A DNA stretch of 64,000 bases from Epithemia pelagica (lineage: Eukaryota; Protista; Bacillariophyta): positions 930,001-994,000 of the forward strand of contig OX337237.1 in the NCBI GenBank assembly GCA_946965045.2, in the 5' to 3' direction. Under the pieces are notes generated by a model, which saw only the letters and a program-made list of their open reading frames with translations, had not been told where the DNA came from and did not search any database. Position 1 is the first letter of the stretch. Every line of letters starts with the position of its first letter. Positions 21,710-32,433 of this stretch are shown here, in pieces. Position numbers and translations under genes: made by a program.

Positions 21710-22358
21710 ATTGAGGAAACAAAAGCTCAATACGAAAAGCTCTACAGAAGCTGAAGTAGTCGGAGCAAGCGACTACCTCCCAAATTCAATATGGGCAAGG
21801 AGATTCCTCGAAGCACAAGGATATAGAATCCCAGGCACAAAATTTGCCCAAGACAACCAAAGTGCTATCAGATTGGAGAAAAACGGAAGAGCATCCGCAG
21901 GCAAGCAATCACGACATGTGGACATTCGATATTTCTTCATAAAAGACAGGGTCAAACAAGAGAACATCAAAATCCACTATTGCCCAACGGAAGAAATGCT
22001 AGCGGATTTTTACACAAAACCATTACAAGGGGGTCTCTTCAACAAATTTCGAGACGTCCTTCTTGGACACAAACCACTCAGTTCCCTCCAGAACCCCACG
22101 TGCGATTCCTCCACTCGCGAGGAGCGTGTTGGAAATAATGAGACAAACGGAAAAATGATTCACGAGTGCTCGGCATCGCCCGGAGTGAAGCATCAAACAA
22201 TGACGGGAAGTACATATAGAAACAGTCACGAACACACGCGCGAGCCAGAACGGAAACGCGTAACGTTCGCTGACGTAGTGAGATTTGGAAAAGCAAAGAC
22301 GAGCAAGGCGAAGAAATCCTGTGCTCATTCTTTGGAGATAATCAAGGCAGTAAAGTAA
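21657..22358 (+). CDS. Copia RNase H C-terminal fragment, reading through the 3' LTR
   Basis: KQKLNTKSSTEAEVVG, QDNQSAIRLEKNG, RHVDIRYFFIKD, MLADFYTKPLQG. The N-terminal catalytic segment is missing. Confidence 0.85.
   Translation: MDKIHSIHRTPQSSIIAKLRKQKLNTKSSTEAEVVGASDYLPNSIWARRFLEAQGYRIPGTKFAQDNQSAIRLEKNGRASAGKQSRHVDIRYFFIKDRVKQENIKIHYCPTEEMLADFYTKPLQGGLFNKFRDVLLGHKPLSSLQNPTCDSSTREERVGNNETNGKMIHECSASPGVKHQTMTGSTYRNSHEHTREPERKRVTFADVVRFGKAKTSKAKKSCAHSLEIIKAVK
22117..22126 (+). promoter_or_regulatory. Short polypurine tract candidate
   Basis: GCGAGGAGCG immediately precedes the 3' LTR. Confidence 0.5.
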
Positions 22359-22419
22359 AACGACGTTTGATTTACGACGATAGTGCTTAAGCTGACGGCT
22401 CTGCACCCATCGTACAACA
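22127..22419 (+). repeat. 3' LTR (293 bp)
   Basis: Direct repeat of 17372-17664. Confidence 0.95.
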
Positions 22420-23278
22420 GTCTTTTCCCGGTCATGAGGCGTTCAAACTGAAATCCTGGAAGTGAATAATCTTGTCGATAAATATGTTCATATCGGACCA
22501 TGATTATAGAAGTCCTTGGTACCTTCAAGACAAAAATTGGAAAGTTGGAGAACCTACCACCATTTGTCCATTTTTCAGTAGCAAGGAATTGGAGAGGTTT
22601 AGAACCACTAAGGCAAAAATCCAACGTATCGAGATCACATTTCGACTTTGCATGCAAAAGCGTCCCAATTCCAGTGTTTCCACACGGGTACGTGTTAGCC
22701 ACAAATTGTTCCGGGAGATTCGTTCGAAATTTGATGGGAAACTGCAGGTTATTGATATCAATGACCGTATCCGGTGGCTGATCGGAGGCGAAAAGTTGGT
22801 GAATTTCGTTGGCTGTTGCCTTTCCAATGTTCTTGTAGTACAACGGATATCCACCCAATCCCCAGTCAGGATGACCCCACCGGAAATATCCCAGATCACA
22901 AATCAAGTGCACGTTCGATAGACCGGGAATCTTTCTCATAGAAGTAACAACTTCGGTGCAGTTCGTGATCTTTCTACTCCTACACTTCTGAAGCTAAAGA
23001 GTCGGTATATTCGGTATCTTTTTCTCGAACAATTAGGGGGGGGGGTTCTCTGGGGAGCGAGAAAGACGAACAGCGACAGGGAGAGCCCTTCCCAATTCCC
23101 AAGTCCCGAATGCAGTTCTGGTTACAGAGCCTTGAAATTGGCAGAACCATAAAGCGACTGAAGAACAATGGAAATGCTGTCTAGATACACTGATTACGGA
23201 TAATGTTACAACCCAATGGCAAATTCATGTTATAAAGCAACCGCCGGTCAATGATTCAATTCATTGGGAGACACCATT

Positions 23279-24317
23279 CTAGACCAGTCCCAAAACTTGC
23301 CGAACGACCTTGGACGGTGGCAACAAAGATTCATTAACACGATGAAGCTCCATCTTTGGATTGAAATCAATTCGGTAAACCTTCCCGTAGTTAAAGAGTC
23401 CCATTCGATCATATTCCTTCAAACGTTCGAGGTTCCGAATCAGCGTAGCCTCCAAGCTGGCAATGTCGTGGTTCTGGGACAAACGCTCCGCCATGTCCTC
23501 TACTGTAATTTTGTCAATCCTCGTCAAAACTCCTTTGCAATTTCTTCCACGATACAGAGTAACACAACCGGTCCCGACCATTTGAGACCCTGGTGCTTCC
23601 GAATGATTCCGGTTTCATGAGCTTGAACTCGACAGCATTTCCTTCTGAATCCATTCCATCAGCTTCGCCGGATATAACTGCTTGAAAACGCCCGATTCGC
23701 ATTAGTTGAACATGTTTTGTCAAACCAATATCATGGTGATCTTCAAGTCGTTTGCCAGTCAAAATCCGTTCGAATTGAAATCCTGGAACTGAGTAATCTT
23801 GGACATAATTGAGTTGGTATCGGGCCAATATCATACGTGTTCCTGGTACCTTCATGACAAGAAAGGGAGCCGTTGCACCCTTTCCGGTCTTGCGTTCCGC
23901 CGAAAGGATTTCCAGGGCTGGGGACCCCAGGCAAAAGTCAAACGTGCCGAGATCGCATTTCGATTTTGCATGTAAAAGCGTGCCAATTCCACTGTTTCCA
24001 AAGGGGTACTTGGAAGCGACAAGTTGTTTTGTAAGGTTCGTTCGGAACTGAATAGGTAATTGTAAATCATTGACATCAATTACCATATCTGGAGGGCGGT
24101 CGGAGATGACCAATTGTTGAATATCGTCGACCGTTGCCTTTTGAATCTGTTTGGATCGCCACCGATCACGCCGCCCGTTCGGTGGACCCCACCGGAAATA
24201 TCCCAAGTCACGTATCAGGTGAACATTCGATAGACCCACCTTGGTCAAAGCAAGTTCCAAATGACTTTTCGGTGTGTTTTCCTTCTTGGTGGAGCTGTCG
24301 TTTTTCGTTTTCACCAT
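23279..24317 (-). pseudogene. DXO/RAI1-like PD-(D/E)XK nuclease, copy 2, with one frameshift near 23585
   Basis: PGFQFERILTG, ISGEADG, VEFK. The (Q)MVGTGC...VVRQVLGLV tail that matches copy 1 lies in another frame. Could be a real lesion or an assembly error. Confidence 0.7.
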
Positions 24318-24478
24318 GATCACATGCTTGTGCACTTGTTGCAATGGGCTGTCAAAAATCAAAACCAGATTTTCCTGGAAAACCCCCACGCTCTGCAATG
24401 CAAAAACTAGAGATACGCGCTAAAATCTTCCAATTCTATTCATTTTCATTCTAGCCATGCCATTAGTCTATTGCGTGT

Positions 24479-27043
24479 TCATCTCGTATTCTTCTTGCGA
24501 CTTTGCGCTTCCAAAGCTTGAATCATGTCTTCAATCTCATCGTATTCCGCTGTCATTTGTTCAATTTGCGCTGGTGTCAACGACAAGGGTTGTCGTTGTC
24601 GTCCTACGCGAGCCTGCGGTTTCGTTGGTTGTTGCTCCGCATCCACCACTCCCTTCATGGCCTTTTCGACTCGTTCTCGCTGTTCTCCTGACAAGGTCAT
24701 TTGGAAATAATGTTCCAACATGGCAATCACATCAATCGCCGCCATGTATCCCAAAAATAGTTTCTTATCAATACGACCAGGACGAACCAAGGCCGGATCC
24801 AAATGTTCGACATGATTGGTTGTCATGATAAGGATCCTGCCGGGAGAATCCACAACGCCATCCAACACGTTCAGCAACCCACTCAAATTCAATTGGTCAC
24901 GTTCGGGTTTCAGCCAAGACGACGGTGAGGAGGACAAGGATGCCGGTAAACCCCCCACAAGAACCGAACTGTTTGTGGCTCCTGATTGGGAGGCTGGACT
25001 TTGAGATCCTGACGATGTCGTTGAGGTAGGCACTGTTGGGGGAGTGCTAGATCCTCCATTGGCTTGATTTTTCAAGAGTGCTTCCGCCAATAGACCATTC
25101 GTACCCATGTGGCCCGTCAAGGCCGACATGTCCAGGGATCCACGGGGAATTGTGCGGTCCATTTCATGTTCCGACACTCGTTCCAGCTGCATGGTGGTCG
25201 CAGCAGCATGTTCCAAGGAATTGGTTCCCAACATGGCATTGACAAAGCTGTCATCCACTGGAACTCCTTGTTCGATGCGAGTCTTGAGGAGTCGTGCCTG
25301 TGCTCCCAGAAAGCGATCCAAGGTGGACGTGTCATTCATGACTTTTTGGACGGTACACAACGCGTCGGAACCAATCTTTTCCACCGCCTCACGATTGTTA
25401 TCACCGGAAGGGTGGCTGTCACTGGTCGATGGTCCTCCTCCCACCAATCCCAAACCAGGCAAGGCTCGCAATCGCTGCACGGTACCCGTCAAGATTTGCG
25501 TGTCAGCTGCTGTTTGTTTCAAACGGTCCGACTTTTCAATCAGCAGTTTGACAAGCTCTTTGCAGTCCGAGTCGTTGCTTTCCAAAAACAAGTGCCATAC
25601 CGATTTGGGTCGAGGCATGGAGTCCTGACGACCAGTCGCAGTTTCGTCGTCGTTGTCGTCATGATTGGGATTGCTCGTGGGTTCGTCCCACTCATTGCCT
25701 ACAGGAATTTTGCCATCGCGGCGTTTGACAATGTGCGAGGCGGCATCGACATCTTCCATGACAAAGATAACATCCTTGAAATCCAACTTTTGCGGCATGG
25801 ATTGTCCTTCAATCTGCTTTTTGGGATGATTGAAAATGGCCATGAGTTCGGCATTGGTTTGGACACGGGCCAAGGGGACATTGACAATGGACCGACCGGT
25901 ATGTTGTGCCAAGGCCTTGATAAAACTTGTCTTGCCCGATCCCGGACATCCACTCAAGAGAAGGCCCAATTTGTGCGGATATCCTGGAATTTGATACTTG
26001 CCCGTGCGTTTGGTAAAGTGTTCAATCAATTTCAAGAGAGATTGTTTTTGTTGAAAAAAGAGAGACGCAAAGGTTTTTTCCTCGGACAATCGGTATCGTG
26101 TGTACACACGGTTGGAACTGGCCGAGTCACTGTCCTTTTTGTTACTACTGGATGATTTGAGTTCGTAAAAGTATCGGGAATGATCTTCGAGTTTGCGCAG
26201 TTCCGTCAAATAACTTTGATAGGCCTTGTCCAAAAAGGCATCAATGGCGGCTCCACTGGTGGACTGTAAAAAGTACGTCTTGACTTGTTGTTGACTTGCT
26301 GTCATATCACTGTCCGGTGTCTCATTGCCATCCTTGGTCACACCATAATATTCCATGCGGAGTCGAACCGATGCCGTTTCGTTTGCTTTGTCATTGTCCT
26401 TGTTTGGTTTGGTCCGGACAAGCCCATTCTGGCCCGGTGAGCTCTGTGTCTGGCTCGTGGTTGTTGATGTAGCATACTGGCCCAAATCGTGCCATTCATT
26501 AAAAGGTGGTTTCTGAACCAGTTGATACTTGGCCAAGGCTCCCACCAAGCTATTGTCCTGGTTGTCGTCATTGTCATCATCTTCATTGTCCGAATCGTAC
26601 CAATAATAATAATCGTCATTGTTTCCCTGACCAATGGTGGCATTTTGATCTTCGGTCGAGGTGAGATCAACGGTTGCTCGCGTCAAGGGCAATGAGACAT
26701 GTTGATGGAGATACAAGTCAATGGCCTTGATGAGAATGCTATTTTGCGTATCCTCGCTGTCATTTTCCATATCGCCCCAGGCATCACGATAGGTCTTGTA
26801 CACGATGCGCCGTTCATAATACGCGTCGTCGTCACTGTCCTTGTTCCAAATGTGCGACCATGCCTGGTGCAACCAGTGGCCCACGGTGGGAAGAGACGAA
26901 AGGACGAACTTGATGAGCAAGGGAAGAAGCAACGCCAAAACCATGTCGATTTGTGGATTTCCAGTGCGGAATCGTGCCATGGAGGACAAGGGGTTCATGT
27001 CATTCATTGTACCATGAGTGTGGTGGTTCTCGTCGTTCGACAT
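24479..27043 (-). CDS. BCS1-like AAA+ ATPase, copy 2
   Basis: Paralogue of 14128-16551 with the same Walker A/B and DPALVRPGRID motifs. First ATG at 27043; the ORF track starts at 27124. Confidence 0.85.
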   Translation of the reverse strand: MSNDENHHTHGTMNDMNPLSSMARFRTGNPQIDMVLALLLPLLIKFVLSSLPTVGHWLHQAWSHIWNKDSDDDAYYERRIVYKTYRDAWGDMENDSEDTQNSILIKAIDLYLHQHVSLPLTRATVDLTSTEDQNATIGQGNNDDYYYWYDSDNEDDDNDDNQDNSLVGALAKYQLVQKPPFNEWHDLGQYATSTTTSQTQSSPGQNGLVRTKPNKDNDKANETASVRLRMEYYGVTKDGNETPDSDMTASQQQVKTYFLQSTSGAAIDAFLDKAYQSYLTELRKLEDHSRYFYELKSSSSNKKDSDSASSNRVYTRYRLSEEKTFASLFFQQKQSLLKLIEHFTKRTGKYQIPGYPHKLGLLLSGCPGSGKTSFIKALAQHTGRSIVNVPLARVQTNAELMAIFNHPKKQIEGQSMPQKLDFKDVIFVMEDVDAASHIVKRRDGKIPVGNEWDEPTSNPNHDDNDDETATGRQDSMPRPKSVWHLFLESNDSDCKELVKLLIEKSDRLKQTAADTQILTGTVQRLRALPGLGLVGGGPSTSDSHPSGDNNREAVEKIGSDALCTVQKVMNDTSTLDRFLGAQARLLKTRIEQGVPVDDSFVNAMLGTNSLEHAAATTMQLERVSEHEMDRTIPRGSLDMSALTGHMGTNGLLAEALLKNQANGGSSTPPTVPTSTTSSGSQSPASQSGATNSSVLVGGLPASLSSSPSSWLKPERDQLNLSGLLNVLDGVVDSPGRILIMTTNHVEHLDPALVRPGRIDKKLFLGYMAAIDVIAMLEHYFQMTLSGEQRERVEKAMKGVVDAEQQPTKPQARVGRQRQPLSLTPAQIEQMTAEYDEIEDMIQALEAQSRKKNTR

Positions 27044-28940
27044 TTGGTAGAGTTTTTGCCGTGTCGGTCGAGTGCGTGGTTGTGCGTTTGCCAATCGGCA
27101 AGTGGTGAATATTGTGACCCCCAAGCTTCATGTTCGACGAGAGGTGCGTGTGGGTGTGCAGGTTTCAGTTTTCGTATCCGTATGGTACGATGGAGACCTG
27201 CGCAGTTCCAGTCGTCCTCTCCTCTCCAATCCTGAGTTTGGAGATGCCAACGATTGGGGTGCTCTCGGTTTGCTCCCCCCATCGTTTGTCTCGTGAGTTG
27301 TGATGTTTTGTGTCGTGTTTGTTCTGGTCGCGCGAAACGTCACGATCGGGAATCGGGATCGGATTATGTAGATGAGTTGTCTACGCCCTTTTGCTGTAAT
27401 GGTAGGGGTCCTTTTGCTTTTTTCTGTTATACTTGATGGAAAATTGTGGCTATAGATCCTATTACTGCTGCTGTTGCATGAGCTAGGATTCTTTCTGCAA
27501 TGTGCGCAAGTGCCAAGGTGGAATGGACATTGCCTCTTTCTGCTGGTTCCATCTACTGGCAGGGAGGAGAACTGTCGTCTAGGTAGTAGTAGCGCGCTAT
27601 CAAGCATACCATGAGTAATCATCGGTCGAGTCCTCCGGTTCTTGTTTCGTCCACAAATGATACGGTTGGTTCCTTGGAGACTTTTATGGAGCCAACGTGT
27701 CCACATTGGGAGGTCACTTTACCTGTGTACAGCACCCAAATGGAGAGATTCGAGTGGGAGGGGTCTCAATCTGAAAAGATTTTCAGCCTGGCTTGTAAAG
27801 ATGAAGAACACTGGCACTTGTCCGATTCATTGTCGGTTGCTTCTCTTAATCATCAAAAGTTCAAGAGGCCAGGAGGATCCGAGTTTGATTTGACGCTTGT
27901 CATGATTTGTTTCTGGTAAGACATTTCCTCTACTGCACCACTTCAATGGTGGTGTCCGTGTCTGTATACGGTTCACAATAACAGACAATCAGTGTCATGA
28001 GAAGTTGGTTTCGCGGTGACCAACAACAAACCATGCCCGTCACAACAACATACCTGGAACAGTTTTGGGTTGGCCTCGTTTTCGTGTCGCTTGAAAGGCC
28101 CACCACAAGAGTCCCACCTGAAGGACTGGTTCGGCATAATGCGTCGCAAAAAAGGCCGTCACGGCCACAAGGTCCAGCATGGTGACGATTATACTACTAG
28201 AATGAGAAGCAACCAAATCAACAATGGAACGATGACAAGAGAGTGAATCCTTGATCCAAACAAATCTTTTTTGTTGTGTGCTGTGAGAAAGAGATGCAAC
28301 AGACCCCCAATCAAACGTGTTTAGCGATGGGGTGCGATTTAGATTGACACCCGAAAGCTGTTCCAGTTTTAGATCTCATCTCATTCCATCCATTCTTGTC
28401 AACGAGAAGGGAAACTGCTGTTCCACAGACGCAAACGGATCCGAAGACGAAAACTCCCCGAGAATTGAGAGACGTCGTCTCCTCTCGCTAGAAAGGTGCC
28501 ATTGGAGGGAATTTCTCCCTCCAACCTCGTCAGCCATACACGCCACCTCTGTCAAAGTTTTCAGGCAATAGTAATAATTTCGATGGTATCGGATTTCCAG
28601 CTTCCGAGGTTTCTCGATTATTATTGCCTTAGGTCGATGTGCGTGTCACACGTCACACAGATGCGCCTTGACTGGGACACCCAGGAAAATTGTAGAGAAC
28701 AACAAAAATCCAGAATGTCCATGATGACGAGATGACAGATGTTCGTGTACGGTATTTCTGTGCTGTCAGTCTATCGAGGATGCCATCCTTTAGCGAAATG
28801 GTATCACGACTCAAAGCACGTGCGTACTCGATCGGTACTTAGGGAAAATGTTGTTGGCGATGCGTGCTTAACGTCTTTGTACATCAATTCAATTTCAATA
28901 CTGTAGAGAATTTCAATAATTAATTTTTGTACAGTCAAGG

Positions 28941-29213
28941 TGTGGGGCTTTGTGGATCCACTGTGGATGTTTGTGGACCCACTGTGGATGTTTGTGGACG
29001 CTTGTGGGTCTTTGTGGATCCACAAACGTCCACGTGGACGTTTGTGGACGCTTGTGGGGCTTTGTGGATCCACAAACGTCCACAAACATCCACGTGGACG
29101 TTTGTGGATCCACATTCATCCACTGTGGATGTTTGTGGACGCATGTGGATCCACAAACATCCACATTGCACGCGTGCATCCACAAACATCCACAAACATC
29201 CACAAACATCCAC
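28941..29213. repeat. Array of 9-10-bp GTGGAY / RTCCAC units in both orientations (left)
   Basis: Directly visible, e.g. GTGGATGTTTGTGGAC, GTGGATCCAC, CACAAACATC x3. Confidence 0.9.
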
Positions 29214-29809
29214 GCAAGAATGCTAGAATTCTCTCATTACACGCAAGGGTATCGTCAGAGCACGAGGATCACAACAACAATCAAACAACGACAGAACAAC
29301 GACCACCACCAATCTACATAGACAAGAACACGAAAGCTCCGCGGAACGAACCAAGTGTACCGTGAGGGAATGGACGGGCCGGGATGAGTTGGCTAGTTTC
29401 ACAGACGTACGGCAAGTTTGGGAAGTCAACAACTTTTTGGTTGGAACGAAGCAACAAGAGGATCAAGACTGGAGTCGAATGATGATGGAATAAACGAAGA
29501 TTGCAGGCAGTGACGACAATGGAAGATTCGACATGGATGGGTAAGGCATGGGAGGGCAACGACAAGGACACACGGCAACCAGACTGATTGTTTTGACCCA
29601 ACAACGAAACCAACCACAACAAGAAAGCAACAAACAACCACCTCCCAAACAACAAGAAGCAACATGAATGCAACAAAGTGATCTGATTGTCTCGGATCTG
29701 GCCTTCTCATCTTCTTGTCCTCCTACAACCAGTGTTGCGACATCTCCAAACGCAACAATCAACCTTCTTTCGACAACGAAACAATCCGCGGTCAACTCCT
29801 CGTTTCGCC

Positions 29810-30200
29810 CGAACGAAACAACAGCGACAACAACAACGGCAACAACAACAACACCATACTCAACAATCAATCGAAATCGTTGAGAAGGCAATAGTAGTGG
29901 CGATGGCGACAACCAGACGCGACAACGACAACATACGGCAACAACGACTAGCGGCAACAACGACAAGCAGCGACAACGACTGTCGCAGCAACGACAACGA
30001 CGGCAAGCGACTAGCAGCGACAACCACAACCACAAGTGGCAACAACGACAGCGAGCGAAAACGACAACGACAGGACTCGGTGAGAACGACAACGAGCGAA
30101 AACGACAACCATAACCACAACGAGCGACAACACAAGCGGCGACAATGACAACGAACGAAAACGAGCGACAACGACAGCAAGTGGTGACAACGAAAACAAT
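29810..30200 (+). repeat. Degenerate (CAA/CGA)n low-complexity tract
   Basis: ACAACGACAACGAC-type repeats, bracketed by a ~55-bp imperfect direct repeat (CTCCTCGTT(T/A)CGCCCGAACGAAACAA at ~29796 and ~30330). Confidence 0.8.
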
Positions 30201-30814
30201 ACCACATCCAACAATCCGCTCCTCCTTTCGGTCGAGCGAATTAATCCGTGACAATGACACTATCCGCAACAATCAAATCCTTCTCCTTCTTTCTCACGGC
30301 CTCGGTAGCAGCACCATACTAAACAATCAGCTCCTCGTTACGCCCGAACGAAACAAAGGCAACAACACCACAACCATACTCAACTAGACGCAAACTATTC
30401 GGACGAGCATCATGCCAGCGACAACACTGCAAACAACATTCCTGTTGGACTTGAATGGATGTAACAACAATCAACTAAGGCAAACGGATTGACGACAAGA
30501 TTTTGAGCATCGGGTGGATGAACGTGAACGATGCACATTTAAGCTAGATTTCCTATGCAACTCGTAGAGTAGAGGGGGCGATTTGTACTGTTTGAGCTAG
30601 TTGTAGGATAGGATTGCTTCGCCATATCCCCTGTGAAATCTTGTTGCCCAACACCTGTCAGCGGTAGCTCCGCTTTAGGATCATGGGACGCATCATTTGA
30701 CAATGACAGAAAAGAACGAGAATGTTTGATTATTGCGTTCACAGTTTGTAGAGGGGTCGAAACCAACCCGAAACCAACTCGAAACCAACTCGAAACCACA
30801 GTTGAATCACGATA

Positions 30815-31120
30815 TTCCGGCGGCAACAACCGCCGATCGTGAGCACAAGCATCTTCATCCCTCGATGCTAGTTCGTGCTTCTTCCAAGACTGCTTCCGAT
30901 GGTCAGCAAGTCTGGCCTTGAACTGGTCAAACCCGACGTCGTTGAATTGCGGCATTAATTTGTAGAAATGGAACAGGACGTCTGCTCCGACATGGTCCAT
31001 GTCGTGAAGCAGACCCCCTGGCTCCAGGTCCTGAAGGAGGACCTCCCGTACCGGACAACTTCGCCAATTGACCCACCCACTTTTCGCCTCCGTCTCGGTC
31101 TCGGTGGTCTTCTTGATCAT
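30815..31120 (-). pseudogene. Truncated ORF fragment of a repetitive, uncharacterised family
   Basis: WVNWRSCPVREVLLQDL...FNDVGFDQFKARLADHRKQ...AHDRRLLP reads as real protein, then breaks at an (AAACCAACTCG)n repeat. Confidence 0.45.
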
Positions 31121-31157
31121 GGTGGTGCGAGTTCTGAGTTCTACTTCGGCGAGTCTT

Positions 31158-31467
31158 GTGTGGATGATTGTGGCGATGAATGTGGATTTTTGTGGATATT
31201 TGTGGACCACAAATATCCACAAAAATCCACATAAATCCACAAAAATCCACATGTGGATCCACGTGGACGTTTGTGGATCCGCAAACGTCCACGTGGATGA
31301 ATGTGGATCCACAAACGTCCACGTGGATAAATGTGGATATTTGTGGATAAATGTGGATCCACAAATATCCACAAAAATCCACAGTGGATGTCAGTGGATG
31401 TGTGTGGATGTCTGTGGATGCGTGTGGATGTGTGTGGATCCACAAACGTCCACAAACATCCACACAC
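31158..31467. repeat. Array of 9-10-bp GTGGAY / RTCCAC units in both orientations (right)
   Basis: Directly visible; inverted relative of the left array. Confidence 0.9.
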
Positions 31468-32433
31468 AATATTAGTGTACTTCTACTCTATAATGGAAAT
31501 TATTCTACACTAATTTATAGACTATATAGATGTAAAAAACTGTAAGATATCTTGATTTAACGTGTAAGTAACGGTTAAAGTCGATTGGCAACATCCAACG
31601 GATGATTCAAGTCGTGTTAAGAAATATTTCGTATCGGACGGCGTTCATCATACCGGTAAGTTACCATTGGTAGGATGTCGGACAAGACAGAAAACTGTGG
31701 ATCACCACAAAAATCCTGGGTGTCCCTGAATAATCCGTAATTACCCCCAGACAGATTCTCGCTAGCTACCACAAGCGCGCGTAGAGTCGATAGATAATAT
31801 AGGGATGGGAATGGGAAGGACACGAAGAAAGATACGGATATCATATGAAGGTCCTACTAGAAGAAGGAACTTATTTTAGATGATGCTCTGTTATTAGTGA
31901 TCGGGGAAATGCAGTTGACGTCGTTACCCACTAAACGTGAGATTGTTTGATTGAATAGACTCTCAAAGCATGCAAAAGATATTATAGTCCATACCCTCGG
32001 ATGTCGCCGAAAGATATGAATATACAAAGGATGGTTTATCTTTCCATCAAACGGAAATACTAGAGAACAATAGCTTGATGGTGAAATTTCTTGAATCTGG
32101 ATCCACGAAATGCTTCTCCACACATTGTCGCGATGAAGCATGTAATCTGTTGGAGAGAATCCAATCTCAACAGCATAGAGCTCGACCAAGTACATACCTC
32201 AAGGTGAAGAATCGGATACTGCTTTACGCTGCCGAAGCTCTGTAGCGACATGGGTGAGGCTGTCTGGAAAGGGGCCTTTCGCAGTCGTGCGTGTCCAGTT
32301 TAGTTTCAAATTCTTCAATCCATTGATGAGAGACCGGCGACCACTCATCGTCGTGGGAGTATAATTGCGTGTCATCGTCCGTTTCTTCCATTCATCGAGT
32401 ATGAGTTCCATCGCACCGCTTCTTGTGCATGCC

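Larger units (their letters stand above)
17372..22419 (+). mobile_element. Ty1/copia LTR retrotransposon (CoDi-like), internally deleted (no reverse transcriptase core)
   Basis: TG...CA LTRs of 293 bp; 5-bp TSD GTCTT at 17367-17371 and 22420-22424. Domain order is gag-protease-integrase-(RT start)-RNase H, i.e. copia order. Confidence 0.95.
16903..22939 (-). pseudogene. DXO/RAI1-like PD-(D/E)XK nuclease, copy 1, interrupted by the copia element
   Basis: 5' half (22939 to ~22420) ends PGFQFERLMTGKRL. 3' half (~17371 to 16903) resumes RLEDLHDIG...SGEADG...VEFK...FFQM. It is collinear with the paralogue at 23279-24317, and the join falls on the GTCTT target duplication. Confidence 0.75.
28802..31619. 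mobile_element. Candidate foldback-type DNA transposon remnant with long, array-containing inverted ends
   Basis: The two arrays share a 35-bp perfect inverted match (29089-29123 vs 31293-31327). Degenerate inverted similarity continues outward through the AT-rich flanks to TA-TCACGACT (28802) and AGTCGTGT-TA (31619). Exact ends are uncertain. Confidence 0.5.

Noticed and set aside
21691-21731. 10-bp direct repeat as the direct cause of the RT deletion
   Set aside because: Both copies are retained and the 3' side reads as native RNase H sequence, so a simple repeat-mediated deletion does not fit; may be coincidence.
28913-29365. Many overlapping ORFs (MFVDVCG..., HKRPQTST...) here and at 30927-31545
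   Set aside because: They are translations of the GTGGAY arrays, not proteins.
29463-30387. 269-aa and other ORFs rich in V/C/R or T/N/D
   Set aside because: Products of the (CAA/CGA)n low-complexity tract.
28941-31467. Arrays as CRISPR or telomeric repeats
   Set aside because: No unique spacers, units occur in both orientations, no cas genes, and the unit is not a TTAGGG-type repeat.
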